Below, piece after piece: positions 10,263 to 21,062 of a stretch of 64,000 bases of DNA. The stretch spans positions 310,001 to 374,000 of the forward strand of contig JAUFOR010000006.1 in the NCBI GenBank assembly GCA_040285745.1, written 5' to 3'. Below the pieces are notes generated by a model. That model did no database searches. It was not told the origin of the DNA and saw nothing but the letters and a program-made list of their open reading frames with translations. Both the position numbers and the translations under genes were made by a program. Numbering within the stretch: the stretch's first letter is position 1; each line of letters opens with the position of its first letter. This DNA comes from Barthelona sp. PCE (lineage: Eukaryota).

Positions 10263-11094
10263 ATGTCGAGTCGTCCATTGAGTTTCGCCCCTGATGGCCA
10301 ACTTTCGCAGATTTCTGCCGCAACTAGAGCTTCAGAACGTGGTTTTGCATCCGTATGATTTACTGTGTCAGAACGATATATTTAATTTGTCGTTATGACT
10401 TATTCTATCACAAACTAACATTCAGGCCGCTCTAATCACACAAACGGGGGTAATTGTTGGTACTGCTCAGCGACTGAACGCTGAGTTAGAGGACGTTTCA
10501 TATACACAGAAAATTTCTCTCATTGATGAGAAAATCCTTTTAGCTTTCAGTGGTCTCACAGCAGATGGTCGAGTCCTTGTCGACAAAGCACGTGAGAAGT
10601 CACAAATATTCCGTTTAACATATGCTGATGAGCCTTCTTGCTCCTACCTTTCGGATCAGGTAGCGCGTGTCATGCAGAAGTTCACACAGTCAGGTGGTGT
10701 GCGCCCCTTTGGTGTTGCTGCTCTAATCTGCGGTCTTGATAAAGATATTCCTAAGCTTTACTTGGTAAGTGCTCATGGTGTCCTTTCTGAGTGGAAGGCA
10801 ACAGCAATTGGTCGTAGATGCAAGAACGTTAAAGATTACTTCGAGAAGAACTTTGAAGATGATCTAACCTTAGAAAAAGGTATAGAGATCATGATTGGTG
10901 CAATGACAAAAGTCACAAACACGTCTGCTAACATTGGATGTGCATACATAGATGTTGAGCGTGGTGTAACGTTCCTTGAAGATGAAGAAATTGCAGAGAT
11001 TGCCAAAAAATTCGATGAAAATGAAAATGAAAAAGAAGAGGAAGAAGAAGAAGAAGAAGCTGTTGCTTCAACTGTTGATGATGAAGAGAATTAG
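10263..11094 (+). CDS. PSMA7: 20S proteasome subunit alpha-4 (PSMA7/Pre6); exons 10263-10352 and 10426-11094, 252 aa
   Basis: The spliced frame reads MSSRPLSFAPDGQLSQ...RGFAS|AALIT...FSGLTADGRVLVDKAR...QKFTQSGGVRPFG...WKATAIGR, ending in an acidic tail. Alpha4 is preferred over alpha2 from the FSGLTAD and AIGR motifs. Confidence 0.88.
10353..10425 (+). other. Spliceosomal intron, 73 nt, phase 0
   Basis: GTATGA...ACTAACATTCAG; removal restores the proteasome alpha N-terminus in frame, while the unspliced frame hits TGA at once. Confidence 0.92.
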
Positions 11095-12963
11095 TTATTT
11101 TCCAAGATTGTTTTCGAGTAAAAATTCAATATTTGCATTATCAACGTTATAGTTTGCCTTTTTACGCTTCTTCTTATCAACTCTACGCTTATAATCCTTC
11201 CGCTTCTTCTCCTTCTTGATTTGGATTTGCCCAACCCAAAACTCGCTTCCAGTTAATCGATCGAAATCTTCTTGACTTATCTTACCTTTTTTTAACTTCT
11301 TCAAAAGACGAGCTTCACGTTCTATCTCATCATAATCGTCGAAGAACTCCTGTTCTCCCTTCGGATCGATTATTTCTTTCTCAACCTTCTGTTTCTTCTG
11401 AACAATTTCTACTTTCTCGACTGCAGCTTTTCTTTTCTTGCTTTCACTACGCTCAAAATGCTTTGTCTTCTCTGCTTCTGAAAGCTGAAGTGGTTCCCAT
11501 GCATCAAGATCTGTATAAACAGAACCTTTTAATCGTAATTTAATCTTCTTCAATCGAGGTTTTCTGTATAAAATCCAGAATTGAAATACAGAATTCATAT
11601 CAAGATTTGAAATTCGTAAAGTGTTTGTGTATAAAGAATATGCGTTGATCCAACCAATGAATGCATCTTGTTGCCTATTTCTAAAACTGAAATCTGTTAA
11701 TAACTTCTTTCTAATTGCATTACTGATTGATCGCAGAAATTCTGCATCTGTAGCTGTGTACTCCTCTACTTCATATGATAAATCGAAACTGACATCCAAG
11801 TAATAAACAAAATCGCGTTCTTCATGACTTAACAATATAATTGATTCTCCTACATTACCAGCACGAGCTGTTCTACCCATACGATGGATGACATTATCTT
11901 CTTCACTTGGAATATCCATTTGAACGACAATATCTGTTGAAGGAAAGTCAATACCTCGTGCTGCTATATCTGTTGAAAGTAGTAAGTTTACCCCTGAATG
12001 ATTATTAAACTGTTCTAAATTTTCTTTTCTTTTGTTAGCGCTCATTGTACCGTTAAGTAAAAATAAATTTAATTTCTGACTATTTCCCCTTTTTAATAAT
12101 CTACGAAAAGATTTAATATGAGAAAATACTTGATAAAAATATTGTACTTGCGCACATGTTGTTAAAAATACTATAACCTTACCGTTGGGATTCTTCCTCT
12201 TTAGAGAAGATAATAAATCGAATAAAAACTTATAACGTTCATGAAAAGGACAAATTACCAATTTTTGTTTCAGTGTGTCCGGTACCATGTTATTCTGTTG
12301 TGTTTTAACTACAATTTCAATTGGGTTTCTCATCTTTGCACGCGGAACGATATACTTAGAAGCTGCCTGTGTTGCTGAAAACACACCATTACGTCGTTGT
12401 TTGTTGATGATCAAAGAAGTGATTCTAGACAATTCAACACCAAGTCCTTTTTCGAAAAGAATGTCTGCTTCGTCAAAGATAACAGTCTCAACTGTTCTAG
12501 TATTCAAACGGCGATCTTTTAACAATTCAAGAACACGTCCTGGTGTACCAACAATTATATTCGCTCCACCACGCTGGATCGCCTGAATGTCAACGTCTGT
12601 GCTTTTTCCACCTGTCAAAAGACTTGAGTAAAGTGAAAGACTCTCCAAAAATGGTACTAAAACATCATGGATTTGTTCTGCAAGCTCTCTGGTGGGGGCA
12701 ATGATCATAGCCAGTGTATCTCGCTTTGAATAGGTGCTCTTATCAATGCCCAAGCAAAGCTGCAATACTGGAATAATAAAACTCAACGTTTTGCCACTAC
12801 CAGTTGCAGCTTGCACAACTGTATCCTTGTTTGATAGCAACTCTGGTATTACTGCAGCTTGAACTGCTGTGAGATGTGTAAATTTGAAGTGATTTTCGAT
12901 AGTATCAATGATTCTCTCGTCTATAGTACATTGCAGTGCTATATCCCGAAATGTGACTTCCAT
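11095..12963 (-). CDS. DDX55: DEAD-box RNA helicase DDX55/Spb4
   Basis: AATGSGKT, APTRELA, GTPGR, DEAD, SAT, ARGIDFP, HRMGRTAR and the C-terminal ARLLKKLKKGKIS signature. Start placed at MEVTF (12963), after the T-rich leader. Confidence 0.9.
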   Translation of the reverse strand: MEVTFRDIALQCTIDERIIDTIENHFKFTHLTAVQAAVIPELLSNKDTVVQAATGSGKTLSFIIPVLQLCLGIDKSTYSKRDTLAMIIAPTRELAEQIHDVLVPFLESLSLYSSLLTGGKSTDVDIQAIQRGGANIIVGTPGRVLELLKDRRLNTRTVETVIFDEADILFEKGLGVELSRITSLIINKQRRNGVFSATQAASKYIVPRAKMRNPIEIVVKTQQNNMVPDTLKQKLVICPFHERYKFLFDLLSSLKRKNPNGKVIVFLTTCAQVQYFYQVFSHIKSFRRLLKRGNSQKLNLFLLNGTMSANKRKENLEQFNNHSGVNLLLSTDIAARGIDFPSTDIVVQMDIPSEEDNVIHRMGRTARAGNVGESIILLSHEERDFVYYLDVSFDLSYEVEEYTATDAEFLRSISNAIRKKLLTDFSFRNRQQDAFIGWINAYSLYTNTLRISNLDMNSVFQFWILYRKPRLKKIKLRLKGSVYTDLDAWEPLQLSEAEKTKHFERSESKKRKAAVEKVEIVQKKQKVEKEIIDPKGEQEFFDDYDEIEREARLLKKLKKGKISQEDFDRLTGSEFWVGQIQIKKEKKRKDYKRRVDKKKRKKANYNVDNANIEFLLENNLGK

Positions 12964-13040
12964 TACAATGCAATTACCCCAATAAAAAGTGAAAAACCCG
13001 AAAAAAAGAGATGAAATATCAATTCCATTACAAAAATCAT

Positions 13041-14801
13041 TTACATACATTTGATTACATCACAACACGCGGTGAACCCGTCAAAAACACCCTGCTCATT
13101 AAGACTTTCAACCTTAAAACCATCTTCTGAAAATGAAACAAATTTGTACCTTCCAGGCTGACAGTGTAAGAAAGCGTTTTCTGTCGATACCGGCTTATAA
13201 ACTACATTTCCACCTTCCAACGGACTATATTTCCCATAAAAATCAAATTCTGAAGAGCTAAACTGAAATATTTTTCCACAATCAGTGATAAACTTATCTT
13301 TTGCGCAAAATATGGCAACGCCTTCTGTTTGTGACAAAGTAAGATGAAGAGAATTAACAGAATATTCTTGAAAATTCAAAAAATGAATATAATGCTCAAC
13401 TATTGATTCTCCTTGATATTTAACGTATATAACATTGCTCAAATGGGGATTAACTATAACTTCCACTATAGGATTTGATTCTGGTAATTCAAATGGAAAG
13501 CAAAAAAACTGATCTTCTCCTTCAATCATAAAACCAATAAATTCACTTTTTTTCCACAAATAACAATGTTTCGGTCCAATGGAAAGACTAGAACCACTAT
13601 ATAGACCAAAATCTCCAACTATTTCTCCGTTAACATATACATTTTCATCAGCATAAACACAAAATTTTCCACTTATTGAATCAAAAGCCCATGTGTCAAC
13701 AACGTCCACATCAATGACAAGATCGTTATTATGCTGAATGGCACAATCATCTAAAATTAAATTAACTGAAGAACCATCATAAAAGCTTTGAGAAAATTCC
13801 CTTTTCAAAAAAAATGCCCCATTAGTAACAAGATTACCATATATCTGACCTCCATTATTAGAATCAACCATGAACAAAGTATCTGTTATAAACTCCACAT
13901 CATTAATATTAAATCGAACAGTTTGCAAAGAATCCGTCACAGAAAATTTTAAAACATGAATATGACGATTTGAATTTGCAATGAAGGTCACATGTTCTTT
14001 GCTATAATCAACTGTAGCTATTGGTTTTAAATTATCAAAGAAATGATTCTTTTCAAAACTTACTACTTCTGAAAATATTTCATTCTTTAATAAAACTATT
14101 CTATTGAGTGAAATAAAGAGAATACGTGGTGTTTCAAAGTCTAAAACAAAGCAATTTGTGTATTCTTCCCATTTCGTACATAAAAATTGCTGCTTCCATA
14201 TGAATGAATGATTAAAAATCATTTTATCATCATCAAACATAAATAGCTGCAGTTTGTCCCCTGTTTTACGCATCGTAAGTGTTCTGTTTGGATGGTTAAG
14301 TATTGAAACATGAACATCATCCTCCTTAAAACAAAATTGTGACTTTTCAACGATAAACTTTCCTGTACTACTATCAAAAGAAAATTGTGAACATGCTGTT
14401 GTCCTGCATAAGTGGCGCCTAGTCTCAGAAAAATAGACAGCATTGCGATTATCCGTTACTGTGTTGGTGCGAATATCAACCACTGATACTTCTGACATAA
14501 TATCATTGTCCCATGTTGAGGTTATCGCAAGGTGGTGAAGCGTCAGCATGTTTAAACCAATTATATGGTCTCCCAAATCACCAACATCGATTTCATAATG
14601 AGAAATAGGATTGGATGCATCTGATACCGAGTATATGGTGACATCAACCATATTCTGGGTGTGGTTATTGAAAATATCACAATAATGCATAGGATAGTAA
14701 ACAATGGGTGATGCCTCTTCTAGTATGCCACAATCAGAAAGAGTTACTAAGCGGAATCGAATAGGATCCACGCTTTGTGTCTTGAGCTCAACAAAATCCA
14801 T
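13041..14801 (-). CDS. Orphan ~600-aa beta-rich protein, expanded family member 1
   Basis: 586-aa ORF with no TM or signal peptide; C-terminal pattern VIVNPHLSN...IFCAKDKFITDCGKIFQF. Confidence 0.8.
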   Translation of the reverse strand: MDFVELKTQSVDPIRFRLVTLSDCGILEEASPIVYYPMHYCDIFNNHTQNMVDVTIYSVSDASNPISHYEIDVGDLGDHIIGLNMLTLHHLAITSTWDNDIMSEVSVVDIRTNTVTDNRNAVYFSETRRHLCRTTACSQFSFDSSTGKFIVEKSQFCFKEDDVHVSILNHPNRTLTMRKTGDKLQLFMFDDDKMIFNHSFIWKQQFLCTKWEEYTNCFVLDFETPRILFISLNRIVLLKNEIFSEVVSFEKNHFFDNLKPIATVDYSKEHVTFIANSNRHIHVLKFSVTDSLQTVRFNINDVEFITDTLFMVDSNNGGQIYGNLVTNGAFFLKREFSQSFYDGSSVNLILDDCAIQHNNDLVIDVDVVDTWAFDSISGKFCVYADENVYVNGEIVGDFGLYSGSSLSIGPKHCYLWKKSEFIGFMIEGEDQFFCFPFELPESNPIVEVIVNPHLSNVIYVKYQGESIVEHYIHFLNFQEYSVNSLHLTLSQTEGVAIFCAKDKFITDCGKIFQFSSSEFDFYGKYSPLEGGNVVYKPVSTENAFLHCQPGRYKFVSFSEDGFKVESLNEQGVFDGFTACCDVIKCM

Positions 14802-14965
14802 TAAAGATGAAAAAGAAATGAAAACAAAAACTAGCTACAGTAATCGTTTGAGGTGAAAAACCACTTCAAACTTGTGCAATTGGGCAGTGAGCTGACGAAA
14901 TCCTGTGAATATTCTCTCAGAAACTCATTAGTCCTTTTCTATCCCTCATTAACTACGTCAATCGA

Positions 14966-16342
14966 ATGGGCAAGAGAAATAGAAACAAACGCGACACAGC
15001 ACAAGCCTCCGAGGAATTGGGTGTTGAAGTCACAACTGCAACCAATACATCTATCACAAAAGTTTTGCGCAAACGCCACAACATTTTCAAGCAAATTAAA
15101 ACTGCTTTTACTGCGAAAGAGGGCCTCAAGGAATTATGTCGCACTATAGATATGCAAACACATGTTCCACGTGAACGTGTAAACGTTCTACTTCTTGGCA
15201 ATCATTCTAGTTCTAAATCAAGTTTCATCAACGAGTATGTGGGCCAAAAGGTGCTTGACACTGGTGTTGCAATCGAAACAAGGAACATCTCTATCGTTCA
15301 AAGTGGTAGAAGTCGCGAAACACTGAACAGTGATTTGACGTACAAGGTGAACCCCTTCCTGAACCCCCTGCGCCATATGGTCGGCATGGATTCTCATTTA
15401 GTCACTGAAATCGTTCCTTCAACAAAACGTTGTTTCCCTTTTATCAACTTCATTGATACACCCGGTATTATTTCTGGTGATTTAGAGTATCACTTTGACA
15501 TACAGGGCGTGCTTCAGAAGCTCGCAGACGTTGTGGACATCATCTTTGTCTTCTTTGACCCGATTGGGCAATCATTAAACCGCGATCTCATGGATTTGGT
15601 TGAAATGCTTGAAGATAAGCATACTTCCAAGCTTACTTATGTACTTGCTAAGTGTGATGCTGTTGATTCTCCTGAAGATCACCGTAAAATTGTTCAGCAG
15701 ATTACCCAGAATGCCTTCCGCCGTTTAAAGATCAAAGATTTCATTTTACACAGTGTATGTATGCCGCAGTTCGAGTCTCGTCATGTAGACAGTCAGCTAT
15801 CACGCGTTTACGACTTAATGGAGATGAGTTTAAAGAACCAACTTCAAGATGGTCTAGTTCATATGGATAGAGTGTCTCAACGTATCCGTGGCAAGACAGA
15901 GATGGAGCTGGAAGAGAACAAGAAGGTGTTAAAGAATAACAGAAAAGTTACACTCTTCCGTTATTTATTAACAGTACCCTTAATTTTCTTCTTCTTTTGT
16001 TACTTTGTGATGGTTCAAACCCGTGCCTCCTTATTTCCTAAGGTTGTTCATGAAATTCTTTTAAGCATGGCAGATGTTGGAATTGTTCAATTTTTAGGTA
16101 ATTTCTTGATAAATATTCAGATGAAGGGTATTTTAAAGCAAACATTGATTGGTACTCTTATTGGATGGGTTATAATCACGCGCTTTATCATATCTAAGAA
16201 ACCTACTTTGAAGAAATCCAGAGTTATTGAACTACTTAAAGTACGTGATGGAGCCATTATGTACGCTCAGACCGCCCATGAGTTAACTGAGAAGTCCTTA
16301 AACCTCATGGGAATAGATTTTTCCAAGTATGAGGAAGAGTAA
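14966..16342 (+). CDS. Dynamin/EHD-like P-loop NTPase with C-terminal TM segments
   Basis: LLGNHSSSKSSFIN (G1), TGVAIET (G2), IDTPG (G3), LAKCD (G4); hydrophobic C-terminal helices. Confidence 0.85.
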   Translation: MGKRNRNKRDTAQASEELGVEVTTATNTSITKVLRKRHNIFKQIKTAFTAKEGLKELCRTIDMQTHVPRERVNVLLLGNHSSSKSSFINEYVGQKVLDTGVAIETRNISIVQSGRSRETLNSDLTYKVNPFLNPLRHMVGMDSHLVTEIVPSTKRCFPFINFIDTPGIISGDLEYHFDIQGVLQKLADVVDIIFVFFDPIGQSLNRDLMDLVEMLEDKHTSKLTYVLAKCDAVDSPEDHRKIVQQITQNAFRRLKIKDFILHSVCMPQFESRHVDSQLSRVYDLMEMSLKNQLQDGLVHMDRVSQRIRGKTEMELEENKKVLKNNRKVTLFRYLLTVPLIFFFFCYFVMVQTRASLFPKVVHEILLSMADVGIVQFLGNFLINIQMKGILKQTLIGTLIGWVIITRFIISKKPTLKKSRVIELLKVRDGAIMYAQTAHELTEKSLNLMGIDFSKYEEE

Positions 16343-16486
16343 ATGATGTTAATAGCACATTCTGTTTTGCGTAATCTATTGAAAATATAGTTGTAAATCA
16401 TCAGATATATGTTCATAGAGAGTCAAATGAAAATGTCAATTGTGTTTAATAGTTTTTTACTCCTTTTTCTTCATTGTGTTTATCAA

Positions 16487-18484
16487 ATGAATGATTTACC
16501 TGATCAGGTAAAGAAAACGGACCAATACGTGTTGGACTACCTGAATTTTCGTAATTTTGCGGATTGTGCAGAGATATTTTCAAGAAGAATGAAAAACCCT
16601 CATGATATGAACAACTACGGGTACAACGCAGAGTTTATTGTCGATACACTTATGGGCTACGTTGAGAATCTCCAGTTACAAGCTCTTGTTGATCTTTTTG
16701 ATATTTTGCACAACAGTATTTTCTCATCCATGCTAATTTCAACCTCTCTTTCTGATATTTCCACATACCGAACAGATCTTCTTAAGATTTATCTGATTGA
16801 ATGTTACAAACAAAAGAAAAATGACTTAATCAATGATTTCTTTGAGGAAGAATTAAATGAGAATGATTTTTTTGAAGAGAATTGGATGAACTGGAGCTCA
16901 TTAATATATATTAATAACCCTAAAGATATTTCAATATTCTCCCTATATTTTACAGAAAATTTTTTAAAAAATTATTGGAATAATCTACGTAATTTTCTTG
17001 AATTATGTATTAGTAACACAAATTTACCTACTCTTCTTAATATATCTAAGTTTATCCAAGAGAACAATCTATTAATTGCAGAGAAAACAACATTAAAAAA
17101 GAAATTAGATATTCAAATGAAAGTTTTATATGATTATCAGATGAAATTCAATCAAGTCAATCAAATGCTTACCAAATCCCTCAATAGTAGTAATCTACAA
17201 GAGGTTCAAACCTACCTTCTGCAGTTAAGGAGGAAGATGAACAGCACTATGCAGAACGCAGAAGATGTGGAACATGATAGCTTTATATTGAACACATCTG
17301 AACTCAACACTGGTAAAACACGTGCCCGTGGCTTTGGATTTATGGACTTTACATTTTCTGGTGAACTACTAGGTCTAGCTACTGATACATCACAGATTAT
17401 TGCGTTCCATTACATAAGTAGACGTTCAAAGAATGCTCAGCTCAATGTTGCTTGGCGCTTCAACTGCCCTGGTGCCGTGACTGGGTTGCGCTTCACACAT
17501 GTATCTAACAAGCATATCCTCTTGATCGGAACCATGACTTGTGGTCTTTACGGTATCGAAAACGGAATTGTCCTTTTCAACGTAGTCCCTTCTGCCGTCT
17601 CTTTTGAGCGCAAGGCTTCAGGCGACCTTGTTCGGTCCACTCCTGTGGTGCATGAGTTGACCACTGCTTTTAATGTTTTTTATGGAACAAACAGAAGATT
17701 AGCTGTTGTTGGTTGGAAGAAAACCAACCCATTCACGATGAAACCGTCTTCTACTATCAATTTTTATAAGTTTACTTCATTGATGGCATCGTCCCAGACT
17801 AAATTTACTTCAACAGAAGAATTTTTAACAATAACAAATACGCTAGTCACTGATATCACCACCAATAACAACGCAACACTTGTATGGATCACACTAACAA
17901 CAGGCCACCTTATCTGCATCAGCATCGTTTTCCTAGACATGTTACCGGAGGATACGCTTACGTTTTCCTCTATTGTTATCGATGATGAACGCGATATCGT
18001 CATCCACTATCCTGATTGTCTCAAGGTGCTTCTGTTGGAGAGTGTTCTTGTCAGTGAGCATGCTGTGTTGGAGATGGTGTTACCATTCGACGAAACACAT
18101 TTGATACTACGTGATGCCTGTGATAGCATTTTCTCTATCAATCTCACAGGTATATATGAACCTTTGCTTCTCTACACTGATCCGAGTTATGAGTTGTTGG
18201 AGAACGAAGATCATGATTTCTCAATATTATTGTTTGAAATCATCCAGTCAAGACGTCTGGTTTTATCAAAAACCGGAAAGTATCTAATTTTTAAGCAACG
18301 TGAACCGTGTCTCATCATGTTCTCTCTTTCAAAATGGAAGGAGCTCAACAGTTCCACTCAACGTCGACATGTTTTACAAGAATGTGTCACTGCATTGACA
18401 TGGCATCCTAGTTTGAATGAAATAATTCTCGCTGATCAATCAAGATCATTGTACAGGTTGGAATTGAATGAAAAATACATCTAA
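16487..18484 (+). CDS. WDR91: WDR91-like protein (LisH-type N-terminal domain, coiled coil, divergent WD40)
   Basis: DQYVLDYLNFRNF...IVDTL...WMNWSSLIYINNP...FSLYFT...LRNFL...LPTLLN matches the WDR91 N-terminal domain; start could be upstream at 16409. Confidence 0.75.
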   Translation: MNDLPDQVKKTDQYVLDYLNFRNFADCAEIFSRRMKNPHDMNNYGYNAEFIVDTLMGYVENLQLQALVDLFDILHNSIFSSMLISTSLSDISTYRTDLLKIYLIECYKQKKNDLINDFFEEELNENDFFEENWMNWSSLIYINNPKDISIFSLYFTENFLKNYWNNLRNFLELCISNTNLPTLLNISKFIQENNLLIAEKTTLKKKLDIQMKVLYDYQMKFNQVNQMLTKSLNSSNLQEVQTYLLQLRRKMNSTMQNAEDVEHDSFILNTSELNTGKTRARGFGFMDFTFSGELLGLATDTSQIIAFHYISRRSKNAQLNVAWRFNCPGAVTGLRFTHVSNKHILLIGTMTCGLYGIENGIVLFNVVPSAVSFERKASGDLVRSTPVVHELTTAFNVFYGTNRRLAVVGWKKTNPFTMKPSSTINFYKFTSLMASSQTKFTSTEEFLTITNTLVTDITTNNNATLVWITLTTGHLICISIVFLDMLPEDTLTFSSIVIDDERDIVIHYPDCLKVLLLESVLVSEHAVLEMVLPFDETHLILRDACDSIFSINLTGIYEPLLLYTDPSYELLENEDHDFSILLFEIIQSRRLVLSKTGKYLIFKQREPCLIMFSLSKWKELNSSTQRRHVLQECVTALTWHPSLNEIILADQSRSLYRLELNEKYI

Positions 18485-18504
18485 GTATTTGTAAATCGCA
18501 TTTT

Positions 18505-20319
18505 TTATTCAAATTCAGTTGCATACGAAATGTTTTCAAAACCAGTGTAGTAATTTACGTCTATATCATGTAAAAAGACCCTAAGATCCAAATGTTCCGA
18601 TCCAATGCTGATGCTCTTCGTTCCTGGATCATATGATATGCGATCAATAAACAATATACAATCTCTCACTTCATTTACCTTTATCATCTCATACTTACTT
18701 CCCCTGAACACACCCTTCTCAAAATCAACAGGAAAATCTCTCATTAACAGTTCTGGACCATCATCAGTAACGGTATAAAGGTGTTTACCTAACACAAATG
18801 TATTTTCATCAAAGAAAAAAATTGACATATCTTCTTCCTCTTCGTGTTCTATGGAATACGTAACAGCCTCCTCTGTGTCGAAATCACATATCACAACATG
18901 ACTTTCATCCGATAACATCACCACAAACATCATTTCATAATAGACGTTGATCTTAGCCAGACCCTCGTTCTCTATCAAACACCTAATGGTCGAAATTACG
19001 TGACCAGCTGAGTCAAAACGCCACACAATAACATTAGATTCATACAGTATCAAACCTGTGCGACCAAACAACTCAATATGATCAATATATGGAAGTCCGG
19101 AAGCCTTTTCTCCGTATGCTGTTATAACGCGAGAACGGCAGAGCATCATCATGATTGGGCCATTTCCAAGAGCTTTTTCAACCTCAGAAAAAATCAAATC
19201 ACATTGCTGCACAACTTCTCCGGTTGCTACACAAACATTTTCCATTTTTTTATCAATACGACGAACAAAGTGTCCGTTAACGAGAGGAAAGGCCACATTA
19301 TTACACCTATACCTCTTTCTTTCTTTTGTTATACCGCTTGAAATAAACGCTGTCACACTTTTTTCTATAAAAAAATCACAGTACAACACAGCTTTTGTTA
19401 AACAGTATGACCTTGCCATCATGACAGGCCTTAACTGTGTACCATTCCCTATTGTCAATAACTCAGCCCTATCTGCATCAATAATCATTTTATAAACTAA
19501 ATTATTATATTTTCCAATATACAATTCATTATGACGATCAGAAAATACAAACCCTGAAGAAAAGCTTGAATCATATTGCAATGTATCAAAAGATCTAGCA
19601 ACTGAAGTACCATAGCGGTTGAATAAATACACTACACCATCTTTTACGTGACATGAAACAGTCTCTCTGTCTAAGTTCAGATTTGGTGCGTGATAATGCT
19701 CTGATATAAAAGGTACACCATTGTATGATATAAAAAAGAGGTTTCCATCACATACGATCATTTCCTTAAATTGAGTATGTCCTTCCACTCTCACGGAGCA
19801 ATATTTTGCTCCTCTTCTCAGTAATTTTCTCAGTTCAAGATGTTGTAGTAATTCAATTTGTATTTCATAATTGTCATCAAGGTACATAGCATATAGTTCA
19901 CTCATAATCCTTAAAACGATGTAATAGTGGGAACGAGCCATCGCTTCATTCGAATCCAACCGCCAAGATCGTTCAAAACTTTCTTGACTACGCAAATCTG
20001 TAATTATCATGCCTAAGTCCCGTGATTGAACAGAATAATGGTCACCCATGTAAAAAATTGTTCTTGCTACATCCTCTCTTATCTCAAAAGATGAAGTAGA
20101 AATAAAAACTCCCTCTTCAAGTCTATAGAAAGTAACCATATCTGGTTTATGAAGATAAAAATGGTCTGATCCCACGCATCGACGTAAGTCCTGCATATCT
20201 ATAATACATTCTTGATCAACATTCTTGTTAATCAATATATTGTATGTTTTCATGTTCGTTTCACATTGCACCGTCAAAAAACAACCTCTGCCCACCACAT
20301 TTCCGTTATTTGAAAACAT
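18505..20319 (-). CDS. Orphan ~600-aa beta-rich protein, expanded family member 2
   Basis: 604-aa ORF; AKINVYYEMMF...IFFFDENTFVLGKHLYTV. Confidence 0.8.
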   Translation of the reverse strand: MFSNNGNVVGRGCFLTVQCETNMKTYNILINKNVDQECIIDMQDLRRCVGSDHFYLHKPDMVTFYRLEEGVFISTSSFEIREDVARTIFYMGDHYSVQSRDLGMIITDLRSQESFERSWRLDSNEAMARSHYYIVLRIMSELYAMYLDDNYEIQIELLQHLELRKLLRRGAKYCSVRVEGHTQFKEMIVCDGNLFFISYNGVPFISEHYHAPNLNLDRETVSCHVKDGVVYLFNRYGTSVARSFDTLQYDSSFSSGFVFSDRHNELYIGKYNNLVYKMIIDADRAELLTIGNGTQLRPVMMARSYCLTKAVLYCDFFIEKSVTAFISSGITKERKRYRCNNVAFPLVNGHFVRRIDKKMENVCVATGEVVQQCDLIFSEVEKALGNGPIMMMLCRSRVITAYGEKASGLPYIDHIELFGRTGLILYESNVIVWRFDSAGHVISTIRCLIENEGLAKINVYYEMMFVVMLSDESHVVICDFDTEEAVTYSIEHEEEEDMSIFFFDENTFVLGKHLYTVTDDGPELLMRDFPVDFEKGVFRGSKYEMIKVNEVRDCILFIDRISYDPGTKSISIGSEHLDLRVFLHDIDVNYYTGFENISYATEFE

Positions 20320-20591
20320 TGAAAGAAAAGTAAAAATTGAATAATGTTGATAACGACAAACACATATTTGTAGAGTTTTCCATGTGCTTAGCCTCCAGCA
20401 AACATGTACTTACCCAGCATTCAATGAACGAATCACCATTCTTTATCCTGTGAGTACAGCTGAAAAAAAAAATTTCAAAGATCTATTTTATAAGCTTACC
20501 TACACTGAAGTGTGTGTAAATTCAATAACCAAAAGCATTAGAGAGACTTTTGTTTGCAGAAACTCATATTCGTATTCAATACCCTTATCTC

Positions 20592-21035
20592 ATGTATCAA
20601 ACTCCTCAAGCAACTTCTGCACCAGTTTACGTCGCTGTTCCAGCTCAACCAGGCCAACCTGCTTTTGCTGATCGTACTCAGGCCACTAATGGATGGCATA
20701 CACTGGCACTTGTTTTTTCTTGGATTAACATTGTTGTTTTGGGACTTGCTGTTGGTATCACCTTTGTGTTCATGTTCCTCATGCCTCTCGCAATTATTCT
20801 ATTCATCGTTTTTGTTCTTGTTCTTATTATTGAAATTTGGTGTTTGAGCATCTTAAACAGAAAGAAGAATTTGGGCGGACTTACTATCTACCGTTGCATT
20901 ATTTTTGTCTTAAACTTTTTCAACCTCTTCAGCAACACTCAAAAGGCTTCTCAAACTGTCTTATCAATCATTTATGCCGGTTTTATGTTTATTTCTGTGT
21001 ACTTCAGCCACAAATTCTATGACAATAAGGAGTAA
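20592..21035 (+). CDS. Small 4-TM membrane protein (paralogue of 3469..3882)
   Basis: First ATG (MYQTPQ) at 20592; Pro/Gln-rich N-terminus followed by four TM segments. Confidence 0.8.
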   Translation: MYQTPQATSAPVYVAVPAQPGQPAFADRTQATNGWHTLALVFSWINIVVLGLAVGITFVFMFLMPLAIILFIVFVLVLIIEIWCLSILNRKKNLGGLTIYRCIIFVLNFFNLFSNTQKASQTVLSIIYAGFMFISVYFSHKFYDNKE

Positions 21036-21062
21036 TTAGTTAGTAAATGTGTTAATAGTTGT

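Noticed and set aside
14886..14929. CTGACGA...GAAA resembling a hammerhead ribozyme core
   Set aside because: No stem II closing pair and no stem I or NUH cleavage triplet can be built
17882..17903. GTATGGATCACACTAACAACAG looks like a 22-nt micro-intron in WDR91
   Set aside because: The ORF reads through as a sensible WD40 strand (LVWITLTTGHL), removal would shift the frame, and branch spacing is 5 nt rather than 6
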